Assembly (NCBI GenBank): GCA_023431405.1
Contig: JAEYVZ010000009.1
Location: 19,087-83,086 of the forward strand
DNA: 64,000 nt
Source: Actinomycetes bacterium
Lineage (GTDB): Bacteria > Actinomycetota > Actinomycetes > Actinomycetales > Microbacteriaceae
Reading direction: 5' to 3'
Positions 59,082-64,000 of this stretch are shown here, piece by piece (position 1 is the first letter of the stretch; every line of letters starts with the position of its first letter). Under the pieces are notes generated by a model. That model was not told the origin of the DNA. It ran no database searches and saw only the letters and a program-made list of their open reading frames with translations. A program made the position numbers and the translations under genes.

Positions 59082-59447
59082 ATGCCACTGTCAGAGCAGG
59101 AGCAGCGTCTGCTGGACGAGATGGAACGCCATCTCATGCGCAATGACGCCGACGTCGTGAGTGCCCCCCGCGAAGGTCAGACCCTCAGCTACCGCAACAT
59201 CGTCTACGGCAGCATCCTCGTCCTTCTGGGCCTCGCAGGCCTCATCATCGGCGTCTCGACGTCTCTCATCGTCGTGGGCGTCATCGCGTTCGTCGCGATG
59301 GTCGGCGGAGTCGTGCTCGCCGTGACGCCCGCTCGCGGGGCCGTCACCCGTCCGCGCACCGAGGGCACGCGCAAACCGCGAGCAACCGGCGGCACCTTCA
59401 TGGACCGCATGAACGACCGCTGGGACCGTCGCCAAGACGGCCGCTGA
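59082..59447 (+). CDS. DUF3040 membrane protein
   Basis: The N-terminus reads MPLSEQEQRLLDEMERHL. Two TM segments follow. Confidence 0.75.
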   Translation: MPLSEQEQRLLDEMERHLMRNDADVVSAPREGQTLSYRNIVYGSILVLLGLAGLIIGVSTSLIVVGVIAFVAMVGGVVLAVTPARGAVTRPRTEGTRKPRATGGTFMDRMNDRWDRRQDGR

Positions 59448-59485
59448 TCCGCGGCCGGCGCGGCCGGCAACGTCACCACCACCTC

Positions 59486-59516
59486 AGCACCGACCTTCGG
59501 GTCGGTGCTTTTTTTG
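59486..59516 (+). terminator. Canonical rho-independent terminator
   Basis: agcaccgacc-ttcg-ggtcggtgct is followed by TTTTTTT. Confidence 0.8.
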
Positions 59517-59583
59517 TGCCTGCGCGCCGGTCGCGAGTCCTAGGGGAGCGAAGGGGGAGCGTGGTGCCGAGAAATTGATAGTT

Positions 59584-59611
59584 AAGTGGAGGAAAGTGGA
59601 GTAAAGTGGCG
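59584..59611 (+). promoter_or_regulatory. Three direct AAGTGG(A/C)G repeats at 10-bp spacing (MraZ-box-like)
   Basis: aagtggag lies at 59584 and 59594, and aagtggcg at 59604. The repeats are about 45 nt upstream of mraZ. Confidence 0.6.
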
Positions 59612-59651
59612 CGTACCTCAGGCGGCCGGGCAGAAAGGGGGTGGTGACGCG

Positions 59652-60083
59652 ATGCTGTTGGGCACGTACACCCCCAAGCTCGACGACAAGGGGCGAGTCA
59701 TCCTCCCGGCGAAGTTCCGCACCGACCTCGGCGATGGTGTGGTGGTCACGCGCGGGCAGGAGCGATGCCTGTACGTGTTCTCGACGAAAGAGTTCGAGCG
59801 CATCTACGAGCGCATCCGCGAGGCGCCCCTCACCAACAAGCAGGCCCGAGACTTCCAGCGCATGTTCCTGTCCGGCGCGAGCGACGAGAAGCCCGACAGC
59901 CAGAGCCGCATCACCCTCCCGCCGCACCTCCGCGCCTACGCCAACCTCGGCCGCGAGCTGGTCGTCACCGGCGTCGGTGCGCACGCGGAGATCTGGGATG
60001 CCGAGGCGTGGAACGCCTATGCCGAAGGAAACGAAGACAGCTACTCGGACATGGAGCAGGAGGTGATCCCCGGACTCTTCTGA
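59652..60083 (+). CDS. mraZ: Transcriptional regulator MraZ
   Basis: It begins [23 protein letters not shown] and has the second motif DSQSRITLP. Confidence 0.92.
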   Translation: MLLGTYTPKLDDKGRVILPAKFRTDLGDGVVVTRGQERCLYVFSTKEFERIYERIREAPLTNKQARDFQRMFLSGASDEKPDSQSRITLPPHLRAYANLGRELVVTGVGAHAEIWDAEAWNAYAEGNEDSYSDMEQEVIPGLF

Positions 60084-60147
60084 TGCCGTGGCTCTGACTC
60101 CCAGCCGCACGCCCTGACGCCACTTCCCCGGTGGCAGGTCGGAGCGG

Positions 60148-61146
60148 ATGGGGATCAGGGCCCCGGACCCCGAGCCTCACACGATCATGGACCTCCGCGA
60201 CATCCACACCCCCGTCCTCCTCGAGCGCTGCGTCGAGCTGCTGGCCCCTGCCCTGCACCGTGACGACGCCGTGCTCGTCGACGCCACCGAAGGAATGGGC
60301 GGGCACTCCGAGGCGCTGCTGGAGCGCTTCCCCCACGTGCATCTCATCGGCCTCGACCGCGACACCGACGCACTGCGGATCGCCGGAGAGCGCCTCGCCC
60401 GTTTCGGTGATCGGGTGACCCTCGTGCACACCGTCTACGACGGGATCCGTGAAGCGGTCGCCTCGACGGGGCACCGGCGCGTCGACGGCATCCTCTTCGA
60501 CCTCGGCGTGTCCTCCCTCCAGCTCGACGAAGCGGAGCGCGGCTTCGCCTACGCGCAGGACGCGCCGCTCGACATGCGCATGGACCAGACCGCAGGCACG
60601 ACCGCCGCCGACATCGTGGCCTCCTACGGCGAAGGCGATCTGCGCCGCATCTTCGAGCGCTACGGCGAGGAGAAGCTGGCCGGCCGCTACGCGCGCGCCA
60701 TCATCGCCGCGCGCGCGGACCAGCCCATCACGCGGTCGCAGCAGCTCGTCGACATCCTGATCGCCGCGACTCCCGCCGCCGTCCAGCGTGATCGCTCCGG
60801 GCACCCCGCCAAGCGCGTGTTCCAGGCGCTGCGCATCGAAGTGAACAGCGAGCTGTCCGCGCTCGAGGCCGCGATCCCTGCCGCCATGGACCTCCTGCGC
60901 GTCGGAGGCCGGATCGTCGTCATGTCGTACCAGTCGCTGGAGGACCGCCTCGTCAAGCGCGCGTTCGCCGAGGCGACGGCGTCGACCGCCCCGGCCGGCC
61001 TGCCGTTCGAGCTGCCCGAGCACGCGCCCCGGTTCCGACTTCTCGTCAAGGGTGCCGAGGTCGCATCCGACGAGGAGAAGGCTCGCAATCCGCGGGCGAA
61101 GCCCGTGCGGCTTCGTGCTGCCGAGCGTGTGAGGGAGGCGTCATGA
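60148..61146 (+). CDS. rsmH: 16S rRNA (cytosine1402-N4)-methyltransferase
   Basis: It carries [26 protein letters not shown] and RGF. An alternative ATG start lies at 60187. Confidence 0.92.
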   Translation: MGIRAPDPEPHTIMDLRDIHTPVLLERCVELLAPALHRDDAVLVDATEGMGGHSEALLERFPHVHLIGLDRDTDALRIAGERLARFGDRVTLVHTVYDGIREAVASTGHRRVDGILFDLGVSSLQLDEAERGFAYAQDAPLDMRMDQTAGTTAADIVASYGEGDLRRIFERYGEEKLAGRYARAIIAARADQPITRSQQLVDILIAATPAAVQRDRSGHPAKRVFQALRIEVNSELSALEAAIPAAMDLLRVGGRIVVMSYQSLEDRLVKRAFAEATASTAPAGLPFELPEHAPRFRLLVKGAEVASDEEKARNPRAKPVRLRAAERVREAS

Positions 61147-61748
61147 GCGCGAACACGGCCGCATCCTGGGACACCGACCTCATCGCGCCGCTCCCGGTAC
61201 GCCCCACCGAGGCTCGACCGCAGCCGCGACTGCGGCCCGTCGAGCACCTGACACCCGTGCCGACGCGCCGCCCGAGGCTCGTGTACGGGCTCATCGCCGT
61301 CGCCGGTGCCCTCGCGATCGCGGGCGCTCAGCTCGGCCTGTCGATCCTCACGACGCAGGGCACCTACGACCTCAAGGAGCTGACCGCCGAGAAGCGCGCC
61401 GTGACGTGGGAGGTGCAGATGCTGGAGGACAAGGTCGCCGGCCTCAGCTCCCCGCAGTATCTGGCGGCCAACGCCGCCGCGCTCGGGATGGTCATCGGCG
61501 ACACGCCCAGCTACATGAGGCTCAGCGACGGCAGGGTGACCGGCGCCGACAAGCCCGCCTCGTCGACATCGAACGTGCAGGCGCTGAAGAAGGCCGCAGT
61601 CGGCAACGCCCTCATCGGAGACGTTCCCCTCGTGACCGATCCCGACGCGAGTCTCGGCGCCGGCGCCGTCGCCGAGAACACGGTCGTGGTGAACCCGGCC
61701 GCTCCGCCCGCCGTCGCCGACGGCATCCCCACTCCCGAGACCCATTGA
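61143..61748 (+). CDS. ftsL: FtsL-like cell-division membrane protein
   Basis: It has a single TM segment and a coiled segment. The call also rests on its position between rsmH and ftsI. Confidence 0.6.
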   Translation: MSANTAASWDTDLIAPLPVRPTEARPQPRLRPVEHLTPVPTRRPRLVYGLIAVAGALAIAGAQLGLSILTTQGTYDLKELTAEKRAVTWEVQMLEDKVAGLSSPQYLAANAAALGMVIGDTPSYMRLSDGRVTGADKPASSTSNVQALKKAAVGNALIGDVPLVTDPDASLGAGAVAENTVVVNPAAPPAVADGIPTPETH

Positions 61749-61809
61749 CCGCCTGACCGAAGAACCCGGCTGAAGACACCGAACGCGACCAGACGCAGAG
61801 AACCGGACC

Positions 61810-63624
61810 ATGACCACACGAGCCACCCGCAGCCCCCGTCGTCGCACCGTCGTCGCGCTGGCCGTCGTGCTGGCCGTGATCTCGGCGTTCGTCGTGCGTC
61901 TCGTCGACATCCAGGTCGTGAACGCCAACGAGCACATCCGCACGTCGCAGGAGCTCGCCAGCGGCACGAAGGTCACGCTGGCCGGCGCCCGCGGTGACAT
62001 CGTGGATGCGAACGGCCGCGTGCTCGCCACGAGCACCCTCGTCTACGACGTGTCGATCGATCCGAAGCTCGCGGCGCTCGGCATCCGGCTGCGCGACGCC
62101 GACGGGAAGATCGTGCATGACGAGAACGGCGACCCCGAGATGGTGTCGTGGCCGGAACTGGCCGCGCAGATCGCCGAGATCACGGGGCAGTCCGCCGACG
62201 AGGTCACCCAGATCGTCGTCGACCGGCTGGCCGAGGATCCGGAGTCGCAATGGGCGTCGGTGAAGCGGTATGTCTCGACCGAGACGTACCGCGAGCTCGC
62301 GCAGCTGGGCCTGCCGTTCCTGACGTTCCGGGCGGTTCCCTCCCGGACATATCCCGACGGCGCCGTCGCCGGCAACGTGCTCGGCTTCGTCAACGCCGAC
62401 GGCGACCCCTTGGAGGGTGTCGAAGACCTGCAGAACTCGTGCCTGCAGGGCACCGACGGCTCCCTGCGGTACCAGCGCGGCGCTGACGGTGTGATCATCC
62501 CCGGCACCGAGGTCGAGCAGCCCGCCGTCGACGGCGGAACGGTCAAGCTCACCGTCGACAGCGACCTGCAGTGGTACATGCAGCAGCTCATCGCGGAGGA
62601 GAGCAAGCGCTACGGGGCGGAGTGGGGCGGGATCATCGTGATGGAGGTGGCGACGGGCAAGATCCGCGCCTTCGCCGAGACCCCCACGGTCGACCCCAAC
62701 GCGCCCGCCGCATCCGACCCCGCCGATCGCGGGTCGCGGCTCATGAGGTTCTCGTACGAGCCCGGTTCGACGTTCAAGCCCGTGACGGCCGCGACGGCCA
62801 TGGAGGCGGCGGGGCTCACCCACATGTCGTCCGTCGTGACGCCGTCGAAGATGCGGTTCGACAACGGAGCGGTCGTGAACGACTCCGAGCTCCACGCCAC
62901 CGAGACCCTCACGCTCACCGGCGGCCTCGTGCGCTCCTCCAACGTCGCCATGTCGCAGTTCGGCGCGAAGGTCGATCCGCAGACCCGCTACGAGTACCTG
63001 CGGAAGTTCGGTGTCGGCGATCCGACGGGACTGAACTGGTCGGGGGAGCCGAAGACAGGCTTCTCGCTGCTGCCGAAGGACTGGGACAACCAGACCTACT
63101 ACACGACCACCTTCGGTCAGGCTTTCACGGTGACGGCGACGCAGGTGGCGAGCGTGTACCAGACCATCGCGAACGGCGGAGTGCGGATGCCGGCGCAACT
63201 GGTCGAGTCGTGCACGAAGTCCGATGGCACGGTCATCACGCCCGACCTCGCCGAGCCCGTGCGCGTCATCAAGGAGAAGACGGCGAAGGAGCTCGGTCTC
63301 ATGCTCGAGAACGTGTTCGCGCAGGCGACGCTCGCCGACGACATCAAGATCGACGGCTACCGCATGGCGGGCAAGACCGGCACCGCCCAGATCAGCGACG
63401 GCAAGGGCGGGTACAAGAAGAACCTCTATTTCACGTCGCTCGTCGGTTACGCACCTGCGGAGGATCCGCAGTACGTTGTATTGACGGTCTTCGACGAGCC
63501 CAAGAAGGAGCGGATGTCGTCGGCCAACCGCTCGGTCTTCAAGAAGGCGATGACGCAGGTGCTGAAGCACTACCGCATCATGCCGTCCGATTCCGAGACG
63601 CCCCTGCTCCCGTTGCATCCGTGA
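61810..63624 (+). CDS. ftsI: Penicillin-binding protein (class B transpeptidase, FtsI-like)
   Basis: It has the PBP dimer domain and the transpeptidase motifs STFK, SSN and KTGT. Confidence 0.9.
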   Translation: MTTRATRSPRRRTVVALAVVLAVISAFVVRLVDIQVVNANEHIRTSQELASGTKVTLAGARGDIVDANGRVLATSTLVYDVSIDPKLAALGIRLRDADGKIVHDENGDPEMVSWPELAAQIAEITGQSADEVTQIVVDRLAEDPESQWASVKRYVSTETYRELAQLGLPFLTFRAVPSRTYPDGAVAGNVLGFVNADGDPLEGVEDLQNSCLQGTDGSLRYQRGADGVIIPGTEVEQPAVDGGTVKLTVDSDLQWYMQQLIAEESKRYGAEWGGIIVMEVATGKIRAFAETPTVDPNAPAASDPADRGSRLMRFSYEPGSTFKPVTAATAMEAAGLTHMSSVVTPSKMRFDNGAVVNDSELHATETLTLTGGLVRSSNVAMSQFGAKVDPQTRYEYLRKFGVGDPTGLNWSGEPKTGFSLLPKDWDNQTYYTTTFGQAFTVTATQVASVYQTIANGGVRMPAQLVESCTKSDGTVITPDLAEPVRVIKEKTAKELGLMLENVFAQATLADDIKIDGYRMAGKTGTAQISDGKGGYKKNLYFTSLVGYAPAEDPQYVVLTVFDEPKKERMSSANRSVFKKAMTQVLKHYRIMPSDSETPLLPLHP

Positions 63625-63652
63625 CGCGAGCGCGTTCGAGGAGCTCTGCACC

Positions 63653-64000
63653 ATGATTCCGATGACGCTCGCCGAGACGGCTCAGGCCGTTTCGGGAACT
63701 CTCCACCTCTTCGGCGACGACACCCCCGAGACGGTCGTGTCGGGCATCGTCGACACCGATTCGCGGCTCATGGCCCCCGGCACGGTCTTCGTCGCGAAAC
63801 CGGGCGAGGTCACCGACGGACACAACTTCGTCGGTGCCGCCGTCGAGGCGGGGGCATCTCTCGCGATCGTCGAGCGACGCGTCGATGCGCCGGTCTCGCA
63901 GATCGTCGTGCCGGATGCCGTTCAGGCCCTCGCCGATCTGGCTCGGGTCGTCGTGGCGCGCGTGCGTGCGGGCGGCGACCTTCAGGTCGTCGGCATCACC
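63653..64000 (+). CDS. murF: Mur ligase, N-terminus MurF-like (3' end cut by the window edge)
   Basis: MIPMTLAETAQAVSGTL ... DSRLMAPGTVFVAKPGEVTDGHNF ... VVGIT resembles the MurF N-termini of E. coli and M. tuberculosis as I recall them, and not MurE. Confidence 0.65.
   Translation, partial: MIPMTLAETAQAVSGTLHLFGDDTPETVVSGIVDTDSRLMAPGTVFVAKPGEVTDGHNFVGAAVEAGASLAIVERRVDAPVSQIVVPDAVQALADLARVVVARVRAGGDLQVVGIT

Overview
The window is visibly GC-rich, roughly 70% by eye, and gene-dense. Third codon positions are almost always G or C and long antisense ORFs are common, which fits a high-GC actinobacterial chromosome. Gene content and synteny look Microbacteriaceae/Corynebacteriales-like. I ran no searches: every call rests on reading the translated ORFs for family motifs recalled from memory and on reading the DNA directly.

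Layout:
- 1-8.1 kb: a DevS/DevR (DosR)-like two-component pair flanks ppsA, a beta-CASP MBL hydrolase, a flavodoxin, a tandem USP and a small membrane protein. DosR-box-like motifs sit in both promoter regions.
- 8.1-16 kb: an accessory mix of small regulator/enzyme modules. These are a HIRAN-like ORF, a fasciclin protein, a WYL regulator with a VOC protein, an SRPBCC-TetR-ASCH operon with twin palindromic operators, an NmrA-like protein, a FUSC protein, an aldo/keto reductase and a DUF1905 protein.
- 16-28.5 kb: a complete Gram-positive-style type IV pilus locus. It runs pilA, two minor pilins, a 532-aa PilX-like beta-helix protein, then pilD, pilM, pilN, pilO, pilT and pilC. An EamA/GntR module follows, then a divergent pilB.
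- 28.6-64 kb: core metabolism and cell-envelope genes. These include glgP, mmsB, mmsA, lpdA, a copper module, garA plus two MerR genes, a ParA-like gene, pyc, def, fadD, glk, plsC, a class II DAHP synthase, a PASTA Ser/Thr kinase, a LysM protein, a polyprenyl synthase, and the start of the dcw cluster (mraZ, rsmH, ftsL, ftsI and a murF-like gene).

I saw no rRNA, tRNA, CRISPR array, transposase or integrase. The most system-like and least expected element is the type IV pilus locus. The DosR-like island with its repeated 13-mer is second.
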